A stretch of DNA of 64,000 nt from Anthoceros angustus. Its lineage: Eukaryota > Plantae > Anthocerotophyta. Made by a program: the position numbers and the translations under genes. Every line of letters starts with the position of its first letter. Positions within the stretch are counted from its first letter, which is position 1. Location: contig MU008235.1 of the NCBI GenBank assembly GCA_010909165.1, forward strand, positions 8,007-72,006. Direction: 5' to 3'. The notes under the pieces were generated by a model that was given only the letters and a program-made list of their open reading frames with translations, was not told the origin of the DNA and did not search any database. Shown piece by piece: positions 11,971 through 24,315 of this stretch.

Positions 11971-12832
11971 TCCAATTGCGAATAAATGACTATCCACGGT
12001 TAAGTCAGCAAGATTCAAGTAAGAAGAGATAAGGACATCTCCGCCCTCAATGTAGTTTAACTCTTCCAACTCGATGCAAAGTCGCCTTGTCGCCCCGCTT
12101 CTCTTTTCCTTGGTCCTTTTGAACTTCTCGCACTCTCTTTTGAAGTGACCCCTTTGTGACAATAGTGACACTCCACATTCTTATTACGACTACGAGATTT
12201 GCTACGAGAGAAGCTTCGTCCTGCTTCCCTTCGCAGGGACCTCCCTCTCACTATGAGGGCACCGGAACCTTTGGAAGGTTCCATGTTTTTCCTGCTCACC
12301 TCGCCAATGTGCTACCTTCTACATTTACAATGGTAAGACCACTAGCGGGCGTAATTACTCGTAGTCGCATTTAAAGGTGTCCCAACTCTCCGTAATGTGA
12401 CCAAAACATAGCTCTCACTAACTGGGAACGTGATACCTTGAGATGAGTCGGCTGAAAATGGTATTGAAATCATTCGATGATCGGACATCCTCGTCCCTTC
12501 CTTCATCTTCAAGTCCACCAAATTTCAACCAATACACCGAGAAGCCGCACTTTGCTTCTCATACAGTGTCACACAACTTCCACATCAGAACTCGTGGTCT
12601 TATCTTTCACATTGAAGTACACTGCTTTTGACAATGTTAGCATGATAGTAGATCTAGCAAGCTCATCCAGTCCGCCACTCATCCCGAGTCATACTATCCG
12701 TTTGACGCCTAACAACTTTATGGGCTTGATCCGCTTTTTCGCACTAGAACATTATACACTTGTTCTTTCCAACGGAAGTTAGTACCATCTAACTTCTCGA
12801 TATTGAACATGACGCTTCGATGATGAAGACAT
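11971..12832 (-). pseudogene. Ty1/copia gag (Retrotran_gag_2/UBN2 plus zinc knuckle), truncated at the protease
   Basis: FNIEKLDGTNF..WKEQVYNVLV, ELARSTIMLTLSK, LVDLKMKEG, and ECHYCHK.GHFKREC. Confidence 0.88.
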
Positions 12833-12969
12833 CATGACTCAAAAATCGATACATAAAACACTCGACTCGCCTTGTCGGAAAAGTCAAAGAAGAAAAGCCA
12901 CCGCGGCGGTCCGGTATTTTGCCGACTATTCCACTCGAGTATTCACCGAATATTTCGACGACTTCCGCC

Positions 12970-13400
12970 ACACCCGGCTCGACCGCAACTCAGGCCGCTG
13001 GCCACGGCCCCGCCGCGCTCACCCGGCCATACCACGCTCAAGACGGCCACCACGTGCCCGCCACACCGGCTGCCCCGCACGCCGCTGGGCTACGCCGGCG
13101 GCCCGCCGGCGGGGCGGGCGTGCGCCGCTGCCCGCGCCGGCCGCTGGCGGGCTGCCCGCGCGCGCAGCCGCCGCTCGGCCGGGCGCGCTGCCCGCGCTGC
13201 CCGCACGCCGCCGCCGCGCCCCGCCCGCCCGCGCCCGGCCGCACGCCGCTGCTCGCACGGCTCGCCTGCCCCGCACGCTCCACGCCGCGGCCTCGCTGCC
13301 GCTGCACACGCCGCTCGCGCCGAGGTCGCCTGCTCGCCACGCCTCGCCCCGCCATGCTCGCCGCGCGCCGCGCAGCCTCGCCGCGATCCGGATCACCGCA
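12970..13400. repeat. Extremely GC-rich low-complexity tract in the copia 5' leader
   Basis: Almost entirely CCG/CGC/GCC runs, lying between the PBS and the gag ATG. Confidence 0.75.
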
Positions 13401-13450
13401 CCCACGAGTCGCAGCTAGAAAATTCTAGCATCACAACACAACCAAACCAT

Positions 13451-13702
13451 GGCTCGATACCGCTTGAAGGATCGTGGGCACATGATGGTGGAAAGAGGAG
13501 AGGAGAGGAGGAGGCAAGTGTAGCTCTCTCATTGAGATGAGGCTTGGAGGTATTTATACCTCCAATAGGGCTCCTAGGAAGCTCCACAAGAAGCTCCTAG
13601 GAAGGAGCACAAGAAGCTTCCTAGTGATTAGCAGCTAAACTAATGATACTTAATCGACACTCAACTTAGACTAAGTGTATTAGTTCAAGTACATGTTTAA
13701 CA
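13451..13702 (-). mobile_element. Copia 5' LTR (13465-13702) and tRNA-Met PBS (13451-13464)
   Basis: The minus strand reads TGTTAAAC...TATAAATA...CCTTCA followed by AGCGGTATCGAGCC, a variant of TGGTATCAGAGC. Confidence 0.75.
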
Positions 13703-15837
13703 ATACCCTTACACTATGTGCACTTTTGGTATGGGACATGCGAAACCAGCTAAGTCCCTTCAAAACTATGGTTCAAGAGGAAAAATAGCGAGTTACAGTC
13801 TGCTGTAATTGTCCCTAGAAGATGCTCATGTGATACTAACGATGCGTGTCCAGGGGGTTAGTTGGGGGAGACAACCTGAGAGGGGATGGATACAAGTGTA
13901 TTCAATCCTTCACAGGCTAGCTCCCTCATCCAACTTCCTGGATGCGTGAAAAGGGTGTAAGTGTGAGAAGGGACACAACTTTTCAAAAGTATCGTTTGAG
14001 TTCTTTACTTAGGGTTTCTAACCGACATTTCTCGTGCTTATGAAATGGCCATGTCCGCCTTGACCTGACCAATCTCATGCAAAGACAGACGAAGCGTATG
14101 GTCATAACAAGAATAATACAATTGTGATGCCTTCGTATCAACGCTAAAAGCCATCACCGGCCCCTGTGACGCACAAGGCCTCCGCATCTCCAAGCCTTCG
14201 CCACCGCAAGGTGATCAGCAGGATGGAAGTTCTCTCGGTCACCGGCAAGAACTCGTGGAGAATCCTTGACCAAGATCCATCGCATGCATCATTCCGTTAA
14301 CCGGGAGATGTTTCTTTCTATCAATTTCCGAAATTTCAGTGTCGATGCGGCATTTGCAAAAGTAGCAACACCGGCTCTCAAGATGTGTCCGAGACAATGA
14401 GTTTTCGTTGAAGTCCTAACAGAAATCCCTCAATCGAAATTTGCTTTTCTACGCCAATTTCTACTCGCTTTTGTATGAAGTAGATTTTTCTCGCAAGGCA
14501 GTAATTGCCGTTTCGTGCAGACAAGTTTCTCCCTTACCCACCTAAGCTGCCCTTCTCGAATTTGGGTGACTGCGTACTTCAAAAGCGGCCTCGCAACTCC
14601 CAATCGTTAATAGGACCAAATTCGTGGGTGTTCGTGAGAAGAGGCTGAAAGTGTTGACTCCTTCTCAAGACAATTGACCGGTTGAGGTTGTGAGCGTAGG
14701 ATCAGCCGGTTCCTAGCAATGCAATACACCGCCAGTCTTGAGAGAGAATCTACTCCCGAGGTTCTCAAATCGTCAGAGTTTAATTGCACGCCGCCTCGAA
14801 CTTGGTCAGGCTCGAGTTTCTAGTGCAACCCACCAGTAGTCAGACATCGGGTAGTTGGCCTCAGCATGCATCCAAAACGCTAGCAAATGTGGGACTCGAC
14901 TTGAGTTTTGTAGCCCCTCCTGCTGATCGCCGATCTCACGGATCTACCCCGGCGAGGCATTATGTCTTGAGAAAAGTAGAGAGCATTTGGAGCTCTGATA
15001 CCATAAATTTATGTGAGAGCAGCTATTGGTTTCGACAGCTTGATTTCAAATAATGAACAATGGTTACAAAATTGTATGTGTGTATTTTTTATATACTAAA
15101 CCCTAAAAACGGTTCACGTATGTTTAACCTAAAAAACCTTTATACTTAATGTTGGCTTTATTTCCAACACATATATATGGCAAATTCACATACGGACGGT
15201 CCTTCATTCATGGCATAATGAATGGGGGCATTTAGTTTGCTTGAATGGCTCTCACGTACACCCAATCATTCCTTGCACAATGGTGTAGAAGATGAAGCAG
15301 ATACCAAACAGAACTACGCCGTCTCACAATTCACACGACCGGACATGGCATGTTTTCTACCATGCCAGGTTTTCAAATATTCTAATGGCTTGCAAACACC
15401 TTTCTTGGACCATGGTGGAGGGAACAAGTTTATGCGAGAGAAAGGGAGCCATTGTCCTTGGTTCATGGCAGGTTGTTAGATGGCCATGACCTTGTCATGC
15501 CCTACAAAATCGGGGACTATACATGGCATGCATGGAGTAATGGCATACATGGACACGGAAGGGTTTCTGCACATACAAGAAGTAGCCAAGTGAAGGCGCT
15601 GGCAAGGTATAGGTCCTGTGCATGGCACGCCACGGTCTCCTCCTCTCTCCTCTTCCTCCTCCTCCTCACATCCGCTACTCACCCCGCTCCACCACCATTC
15701 CCACCCCATGGCCACCGCCATACCGTCACCACGGTTACCTCGGAATGTGGTCGCCGCACATCGCTGGCTGGGTCGGTGGCGCGGTGGCGGGCAAGCAGAA
15801 CGGCAAAGCATAAATTTAAAGCCGAAATGGCATTGCG

Positions 15838-16205
15838 AACACTTGTCCTTGGGTCACGAAATGGGGATGATTAATGGCAAAATTTTGTTCTTAGATGAAG
15901 GAATGCTCGTCTACACAGGGAATCATTTGTCCTTGTGTCACGAAATGGTAATCTACAAAGGGTAAAATTTGTCCTTGGCTTACGAAATGGTCATCCAGAA
16001 TGGCCAAAAATTGACCTTCGGCCAAGACATGGTCATGAAGAATGAGAAACATTTGTCCTTGGGTTTAAATGACCATACATAATGGGCTAAATTTGTCCTT
16101 GGACCACGAAATGCGCATGAACAATGGCAAATAATTTTCCTTGATGAGGATATGGTAATCCATAATGGGCTAAATTTGTCCTTGGCTTATAAAATGTCAT
16201 AAAAC
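15838..16205 (+). repeat. Degenerate 42-bp tandem repeat, about 9 units
   Basis: TTTGTCCTTGG...CACGAAATGG recurs at about 42-nt intervals. Confidence 0.85.
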
Positions 16206-16499
16206 GGGATGCCTATATATGCCAACATGCATGGATGCCATATGTGAAAGTGGTGGACAATCGCGTTGCCATGGTGTTTTAGGCATGTGAATGCCACATG
16301 TGCACATATAGGTGGTACAACTCCGAGTTTGTGCCCTGCGAAATGGCATGCATGGCACATGAGCGGTGGCATGCCCTAGACTTACGCCGCCTCTCCTCTT
16401 GCCCCTCTTCCCCATCACCAGGGGTTACCTCACCTCCCCTCGGCCACCATCACTCGCAGCCTCGCTCACTTTGTCGCTGCCATCGCGCGCAGTGACTCG

Positions 16500-19130
16500 C
16501 TGGCCTTCCGACCATGGTTTGGGACGTTGACTTTGAAGATTTGGTCAAGCCGCTCGCTTAAGCTCGAACAACGCCGCCAATCCGCCGCGGATGTCGTGCC
16601 CATAACGCCACCGCTTGGAAGGAGGAGAGGTGGGGCCCATCGACCGCTGCGCCCACGCCGAGAGGGAGAGTGCCGGAAGCCGGAAAATGGTCCAGCAAGG
16701 ACTGGCGCAGGTCAGACGCCCAACGGCCGGATGGAAGCACGGGATGGTGGAAGCGGCAAGTGAGGTGGGCGCGGTCGTGGAGAAAGCCGATTCCACCGGG
16801 CGGGAGAGGGTGGATGCTCATGGCGTGGAGCGGAAGCGAGAGAGGGAGGGTGGAGGGGAGCAACCTTCACACAGGAGTGAGGTCAAGAGGAGGGCGCGAT
16901 GCTCAGGAAGCGGCCGGAAGGGAGGGTGTCTCCAATGTGGGGAGCTAAACGCAAGCTTCTGCAGGAGAGATCTGCTGAGGAGGGATCTCGCCAGCGACAT
17001 CCGGAGGAACGAGGACATTGGCCTGAGTCCGGAGCTTGAGGGTCAGGTCCAACTTGAGGAGCATGGTGGTGGTGCACAAGAGGGGACCGTGGTCAGGGCC
17101 GAGAGATGGCATACGTTTTGTGGACCTTCTCGGTGGCGACGACAACCCCAACAACGTGGCGGGAGGGAGCCTTTGGAGGAGGAGGAAACTCGCAGGGAGT
17201 GAGACTCTGGGTGGACGCGTGGAGGAGGGCCAAGGAGCGCCTATGATGGTGAGGAGGCGGTGAGGAGGAGGACACCAGCGCGAGGATGGGGGAGAGCGAG
17301 CGAGGAGGAAGATGTGGAGATGGCGGATGCCGAGGTCGAGGAAGACATGCCGACTACATTGCCACATGAAATTGGAGAATTGACGGAGCACCGGTAAGCC
17401 ATTAGGCGATGTCATGTGTTAAAAGTGCTACATGGCGTGGTGGTGGTATGGTCATGGAGGCTATGGAGGGTGGATAGAGAATGAGGAGGCGATGAAGAGT
17501 CGTCCGATGAGGAAGGACGAGTGAGGAAGGCCTTCCACCAACGTGTTGGAGCTAGTGTGTGCAAAATGGAGTTGATGATGCCATGGTCGAGCCACGAGTT
17601 TGCGAGAAAGATCGTGAGGAAGGTAGAGTATGAGTTTGCAAGTATAGGCGAGGATATTGTGGCTGTGTTTGCAGTGCATCGCGGACAAGGAACCACAATG
17701 TGGGCAAGAAGGTGCAAGTCGCAATTCGGAGGGAGAAGGGAAGGATGCAAAATGGTTGCATCCGCCTAATGTGAGCAGAAGGCATGGAGAAAGGCCGGAG
17801 CAAGCCGTGGTGACGTGTAAGCATGGTGGTGTGTGGCCAACACCACAAAAGCCGCCGAACGCCGGCAAGAATTAAGCACGAGCATGGGACGAATCCCTTT
17901 GGTCCAAGAGGGAGCAAAGGAGTTCGAGAAACGTATGTCCAACGGGAGGGAGCGCAACTCGATGAGTTGAAGTGGGCAGCAAGGCATGGATTGACAAAGA
18001 TGCCGAGTAATCGAGTGGTAGTCGCTGACGCTAATGGAATGCTTGGTTGTGATATGTAGGTTTCGCTATGTAGGACGGAGGTGATGTGTGCATGACCGCA
18101 GGGAAGAAGGGAAGGAAAAGCGGTGGAAGGTGAAGGCCAGTCGTGAAGGAAGGCATGTAACCCAAGTGGAGAGAAGGAAGATGGAGGAAGGTGCCAACAG
18201 GGAGCGCCACCGTGGGAGTGAGGCAACGTGGATGGTGGGGATCACGGAGGTGTGATGGTACACCGACAAGGCGTATCACACGATCCGTGTCAAAAGCGTG
18301 AGTAGGGTGGCAACCCTGACCGAGAGATTGAATGCTATTCGCTTGTCAGAATTGTGGAAGTGGTGATTTGGCAGCCTATGGGGAGGTGAAGGGCTAGCCA
18401 TTGAGGCTAGTGGTCGAATGCCGCCCACGGAAGGTGGACCACACCAGAGGAAACGAGGAGGTCTTGGCGAAGAGGGTCAAGCAAAGACAACGGGTGTTGA
18501 AGCTGCAAGAGGAGTCCGAGCCTGACGGTGGCGAAGGGGTGTAGGCGCAAGTGACATAGGAATGGTTGGCGCCTATGGGGCCGAGTGAAGGGCTAGCCAT
18601 TGAGGCTAGTGGGTGAATGCCATTACGGAAGGTGGACCACACGGGGAAGCGAGGAGGTCTTGGCGAAGAGGGTCAAGCAAAGACAACGGGTGTTGAAGCA
18701 AGAGGAGTCGAGTCGGACGGTGGCGAAGGGGTGTAGGCGCAAGTGACATAGGAATGGTTGGTACGATCTATGGGTAGGGGGCCGTTTGTGGAGGGGAATG
18801 AATGGTCGAGATGTTTTCTCATGGACGATGGAGTCGCCAGGCATGGGTGGACGGTGATGGTCAATTAGCAACAAACAAGAGGGAATTGGTCTTCCCACCT
18901 TTGTAGCCTAGCATTGACATGGGTCCTCTGTCAAAGTGGTTATAGAGGTCACGGATAGGTGTAGGAAGATGTGGAGGAACCACGAAACCATTGGTGTTGG
19001 TCTCAAGAGTCACCAAGTGACGCCGCCCGCCTGTGAGGCACATGTTGGTGGTGCATGACGCTATGCCCATATCACGTGGAGTTCGACATTGCAAGGAAAC
19101 AAAGTGCAAGGGATAGAGGACGCTTGAAGT
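16500..19130 (+). pseudogene. Degenerate acidic/charged ORF remnant, possibly CACTA ORF2 (TnpA/Transposase_24-like)
   Basis: Purine-rich, Glu-rich broken frames. The segments FARKIVRKVEYEF and RIKHEHGTNPFGPRG are only weakly reminiscent of plant En/Spm ORF2. Not verified. Confidence 0.3.
18374..18761 (+). repeat. Tandem duplication of a unit of about 197 bp
   Basis: GCCTATGGGG...GGAATGGTTGG occurs at 18374-18570 and again at 18571-18761 with few differences. Confidence 0.92.
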
Positions 19131-19583
19131 GTCCAAAAATTTGATTTAAATTGTCAATAAAATCAAACACTTAGATATGTAAGGTATGAGAGTGACGTAA
19201 GGGTTAGCACATATATATTATTATATAAACAAGTCTTGATGCCTATATACGACGTATATGTACAAAGAGGCATATAAATACACTAATATAATATAAGTAT
19301 AGATGGATGTGTACATATATGTACACATACTTACACATACTTATGTCTTGAAGCCTACAAACATATATATGTATATTGAGTATATGCAAAGGAGGTAAAA
19401 GGAAGGAAGGACAGCCTAGAGAGAGAGGTCATTGTAACAAGCAAGTTGAAAGAGGAATAGTGGAAGAGTATAAAATGGTTGTGATAGGGAGGTCCTTCTC
19501 ACGGTCATGAAGGAGGAGGAGAAGTGAAAGAGTATAAAAGGGTGTGATAAGGGGCAATAAATAGGAGGGTGAGGTGAGAGGAG

Positions 19584-19985
19584 AGAGACCAAGTATTGTG
19601 TTAAGATGGGGTGAGAAGGTGGATAAGAAAAGGACACCTTGAACACCAAGCCACCATAAAGTGTTGCAATTTTGAAGTGGTACATGAAGTGAGAGACCAA
19701 GCATTGTGTTAGGATGGTGGGAGATGGAAGAGAAAGAATGGACCAACTTAACACCAAGCCATCAAACCATGTTGAAGTTGGAAGTGGTACATAAAATTGC
19801 AACACGGTATAAGGGCGGTGGGAAATTATTAACAATGCTTGTGAGAGAGGGGTACCTAAAGGAGGTGGGAAGAGAGTGCAGTTCGTGTTAAGATGGTCGC
19901 ACCAAACGGGGACAACTAACAAACTTAATACCAACCCTCCAAAACATGTTGCAATGTGGAAGTGTAACAAAAAATTGCAACATCG
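19584..19985 (+). repeat. Degenerate repeat of about 107 bp, two copies plus one partial copy
   Basis: GAGAGACCAAG.ATTGTGTTA.GATGG at 19584 and 19691; AACACCAAGCC...TGTTG...GAAGTGGTACAT at 19642 and 19750, with a variant at 19927. Confidence 0.7.
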
Positions 19986-20049
19986 ACTGTAACATAGAGT
20001 GCCCTTTTCTAGTAGGGAGGGGATGCTTCTATCTCCTCGTGATGGAGTC

Positions 20050-23000
20050 CTTGAGGCTTTTTCATACTTTCTCTCCGAGTAACCGTGTAGACACCGTTTA
20101 CGTCCTTCAAAGTTGAATCTTTCTAGTAACTGGCTTACGTAATGCTCTTGATGGATAAAAAAGGTGTGCTCTTCCTTTTTGAATTCAAACTGTACTCCTA
20201 GTGCATAGCGCATAGGTCCCATATCAACGACATCGCATTTCCTTTGATAGCATGTGCTGTCCCTTGACATATCAGAGCAACTTCGTGGTCATACCGAATA
20301 TAAAGTCATGTCGCCGTCACGCATGATAGTGATCATGTAAATGTCTTCGTGGATGTAAATGTCTTCGTGGATGTAAATGGTCCGTGTTTGAGATGAGAGG
20401 GATGAAGCCACATTTCTTCAGGTATCTGTCCACAGTCTCATTCCATACTTGTGCAGACTGTTTCAATCCGTAGATGGATTTAAGCAGCTTACATACCTTG
20501 CCGTTGTCCTTTACAAACCCCGTGATCACATGTAAATGTCTTTCAAGCAGTCCAACACAAAACGCACGATCTTCTTGACGCTCACCGTGTATATGCAAGT
20601 AATGATGGGCAGCAAAGGCTAAGAGGATCCGAATAGATGTGGCCTTGATGACTGGGTTGAAAAGTCTGTTCTCCTCGTAGTCGAAGCCTGATACCTGGAT
20701 GAAACCACGGGCTACCAATCTGGACTTGTACCTTGAGTTTCCTTCTAAAAGTCCATTTACAAGAGATTGGTTTTCGCCCACTAGGCAAGTCAGTGAGCTT
20801 CCAGGTTTTGTTAGCGATTAGTGAGTTGTATTCAGACTAAATTGATGCGTTCCATTCAGGTGTTCTGAGGGCTTCTTCTATGCTTGCAGGTACATCCTGC
20901 ATCTTGATTGCAGAAAGGGCTTGACGCAGGGCAAGTTGGGCTGGATCAGCATCGGGGGCTTGTGCGGGAGCTGGTACCTCTTGAGGTGGGATGACTGGTT
21001 GGCGAGAAAAGGAATCTCTAGGGACAGAAGGTGGGTTCCTCCGTAGGTGGCTTGGTGGTCGATGGCGTGTAGAGCGCCTTACAGGAGGAGGATTCAGGTT
21101 CTGGCTTGGGTACCTTAGGTTCTGGAATATGATTTATCTCCAGGTCATGAGCATGTAGTGGCGCCTGAGCTGGAGTAGCTCGAGCATGTGGAAGTGCCTG
21201 GACTGGAGCAGGGTAGATGATCTGATTCTCCTCTTGAGCTTGCATGTCATCTTCATCATAGTGTGTGGCCCCCTCAAGGTCAAGAGGGAAAGGAGCCTAA
21301 TCGGCAAGGAGAAGGCCTGACATGCTGGTAGCTGGTAGAGAGGTAGAAAGAGAGGCGAGATAGGAGTTGAGGATGAGAGACTCATGGAAATGGACACTGC
21401 GGGAAAGGATTACCTCTTTGGTGGATTGATCAAAAAGGCGGTAAGCTTTGACCTGGTCTCAATAGCTAATAAGGAGAAGCTTGCAGCTCTTGTCATCCCA
21501 TTTGCGACGAGTGGCATCTGGGATATGTGCAAAGGCAGGGCTGCCAAAAATGCGGAGATGGGAGATCCTGGGTTTGTTACCCTGTCTCAGAAGGGTGTGG
21601 TGCTGGCAATTTTAGTTGGAAGCTCGTTTGAGGTAGTTTGCAGTGACGTGCTACTGGCCTACCTAGTAACCGCGAGAGACAGAGAGCTTCGTAGATGGAT
21701 CTGGCGGCCAGCAAGGGGTTATGAGTGGCGTGTAGTACTTGTCGGTGGCGGAGGATCCCCTTGGATCGGCAGAACTCATGAAATGTTGTGCTTGTGTATT
21801 CTCCGCGATTGTCAGTGCAGAGAGTGCATACTTGGAACCCTGCTTGGCATTCTACTGCTAGCACAAACTCTTGAAAACAGGTTAGGGCCTCGTCCTTATG
21901 GCAGAGAAAGTAAATGTGGCAATACCTGCTCCACTCGTCCAAAAGGTAAGGAAGTAGGAGTGGCCTCCAAAGCTGTGTGTGCTCATAGGGCCGCAGATGT
22001 TGGAGTGTACAGTCTCCAGGAGTCGTCAAGCTGTAGTTGGTGAAGGATCTTTGAAGGGAAGGTGAGTCAACTTGGAATATTAGCAAATCTCGCAGAAAAA
22101 ATCCCTTATGGACTTGATGCTAACGGGATCCTTGTACATTGCAGGGTTGGCTAAAGCGTCCAGGTAACGAGGATTGATGTGGCCAGCCCGGCAGTGCCAT
22201 AGCAAGGTATTGTTGTGAGAGGCTGGTGAAGAGCTGTCTGCTACGAGTGATGATGAAGACTGTAAGTTGAGCAAGTACAAATTGTTGTAGGGAAGTCCAT
22301 GTGCCAGCGCTGTTTGTGTCTTGTCCTTCGAGTGATATATAGTGCAGTGATTTCCGCGGAATGTGATGGTAAGATCATGCTCTGACGCCAGCCTCAATCG
22401 ATGCGGGGAGGTTTTTGGTAATTGCGGTGCACGCGGATGCCTGCTGGTTACGATGAGGATTCCCCATTGGATGCGCCCCCAATGCAACCTCGCCTATTCC
22501 TTGGACAAGAAGTGAGCTGTCATCACCGAGCAGCACGTGCTGATCGAATAGCACGTCATGATAGGATGTAAACATCTCTTTGCTGCTGCAGATATGTGTG
22601 GTTGCTCCTGTGTCCAGAAACCATCGACATTTGTTAGTCCTGGTTAGCATCAAACATATAGCTAGGATGGAGTTTGCTAGTGGTGACTTGGGAATCGTCA
22701 GCAAGTTGAACTCGTTTCGAGGTAAGTCACGATGGAGTTCTCCCGATTGCTTCTTTCTGCATTCGTGCTCAAAGTGACTAGGGATTCGGCACCAGTTGCA
22801 GGGTCCCTTGCCGTTTTTCTTTTGTGGCTGGCGATTCGAATTGTTGAATCCCGTTGATGACTGCTGCTGTTGGTCAGAAGGTCTTCGGTTGGTGAAGCCT
22901 CCCCTTCCTCAACCTCGTCTTCCCCCTCGGCCGCGAGAGGTAAAAAGGGCATGGTTGGAGCCCTGGTTGGAGCGAGGGTTGCTTAATAATATCTGCTCGA

Positions 23001-24315
23001 TTCTTCCTCCAGGATTGTGCCAACCACCGGGGTGTAAGCCGCAATTTTGATGTTGTAGCTTGGATGGCTTGTCGTGGGGAATTACGAGGAGGCACGAAAG
23101 TCTTATAGGATGAAGGGAGAGATGTTAGCAATGCAACTGCGGCCTGGAGTTCTGTGACAGTTGTGCCATTGGCAGCAAGCCTAGCCCATGAGGACCTAAA
23201 GTTGTGTATGTGCTGTTCTATGCTCTCATTATCCTTCATCTCAGCGAGTAAAAATGCCTTGTTGCGTTTATAAGTGACATTGAACTCTGGGATTGGAACA
23301 TGTCTTTGAAAGTCTTCCAAATCCTGTAGGCTGTGGTCTGGCCTTGTATGTGCTGAAGCATTGTTTTATCTAATGCTGAGATAAGCACACTACGTGCTTT
23401 CTTGTCCTTCTTTAACCAGGCATCAATTTGATCTTGCGTGCCAGGGGGAACAAAGGTGAGCGAGGGGATTTTGGATGTCCCGTCAATAACGTCCATAAGA
23501 TCGTGGTCCTCTAGAAGTGAGGTAACGTGCATTTCCCATACATCAAAGTCGGTTCCGTTGAATTGGTCTCGATCACGGAACTCAATCTTTGTAGTGTTAA
23601 TGATAGTGGGAACCAAAGGCTGTTGAGCCATGGTTCTTCTAAATCTAAGCTTGTGGTGCTTTAGAGGGTCGAAACTGAGCATGCGTCGGCTGTAACTAAA
23701 ATCGGCCGCTGATGGAGATTCTCTCTATCGCTAGGTGAAGTGCTTCGATTTGGTACTCGATGGCTGAAAGCTGTGATTTCAGGTCCTCATGTGTGACAGT
23801 TGTCTTTGTATGGAACATGCCTAAGTGATTGCGAGATGGTCCTGTAGACAAGGGGTTAGCAAAGCGTCGTGATGGGCCTGAGTAGCTTGAGCGGCATGCT
23901 GGAGTGGGCACGCATCGGGGGTGAATCCAATGCCTCAAGTCATTTGTGCGATGCACTCGCTGCAGATGACATGTCTCGGTAGCAGCATCCGGCCCATAGG
24001 TGAGTAGGATGCCGGAGTGCGCTTTCGAGCCATTTTGCCAATTTTAGGATCGTTGGCGCTGATTGCCGTTTGTGCTGTGCAACGCCATAGCGAGAGATTT
24101 GCGAAGACCAGGCGCGGGGCGCATGTGAGGCACCGAACGGCAATGAGCGCGGCAGCTCTAATACCATAAACACTGGCACAAGATTACTGGCAATGCATAG
24201 GAATCGATAATTTACTGATACACAAACTTGTTCTTATACTGTATAGGAGTTGGTTCTGTAACTGTTTGTATGGTTATGAATGATAACCATACAAACTGCT
24301 CTGATAACTAGTCAC
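20050..24315 (-). mobile_element. Ty1/copia element: short 5' LTR, PBS, gag, protease, integrase, RT; 3' end missing
   Basis: PBS TGGTATTAGAGC at 24155-24166; gag from ATG 23631 (FNGTDFDVWEMHV, WLKKDKKARSVL); knuckle CNWCRIPSHFEHEC; WFLDTGATTH; LWHCRAGHIN; DEWSRYCHIYFL and TDNRGEYTS; YKSRLVARGF and LLKSIYGLKQSAQVWN. No RNase H or 3' LTR was seen. Confidence 0.92.

Noticed and set aside
12834-13587. Several long Arg/Ala/Pro-rich ORFs on both strands
   Set aside because: They result from extreme GC content lacking stop codons and contain no domain signal.
13710-15050. Possible coding remnant between the copia LTR and the 42-bp array
   Set aside because: The minus-strand translations I tried gave no recognisable motif, so the region is left unassigned.
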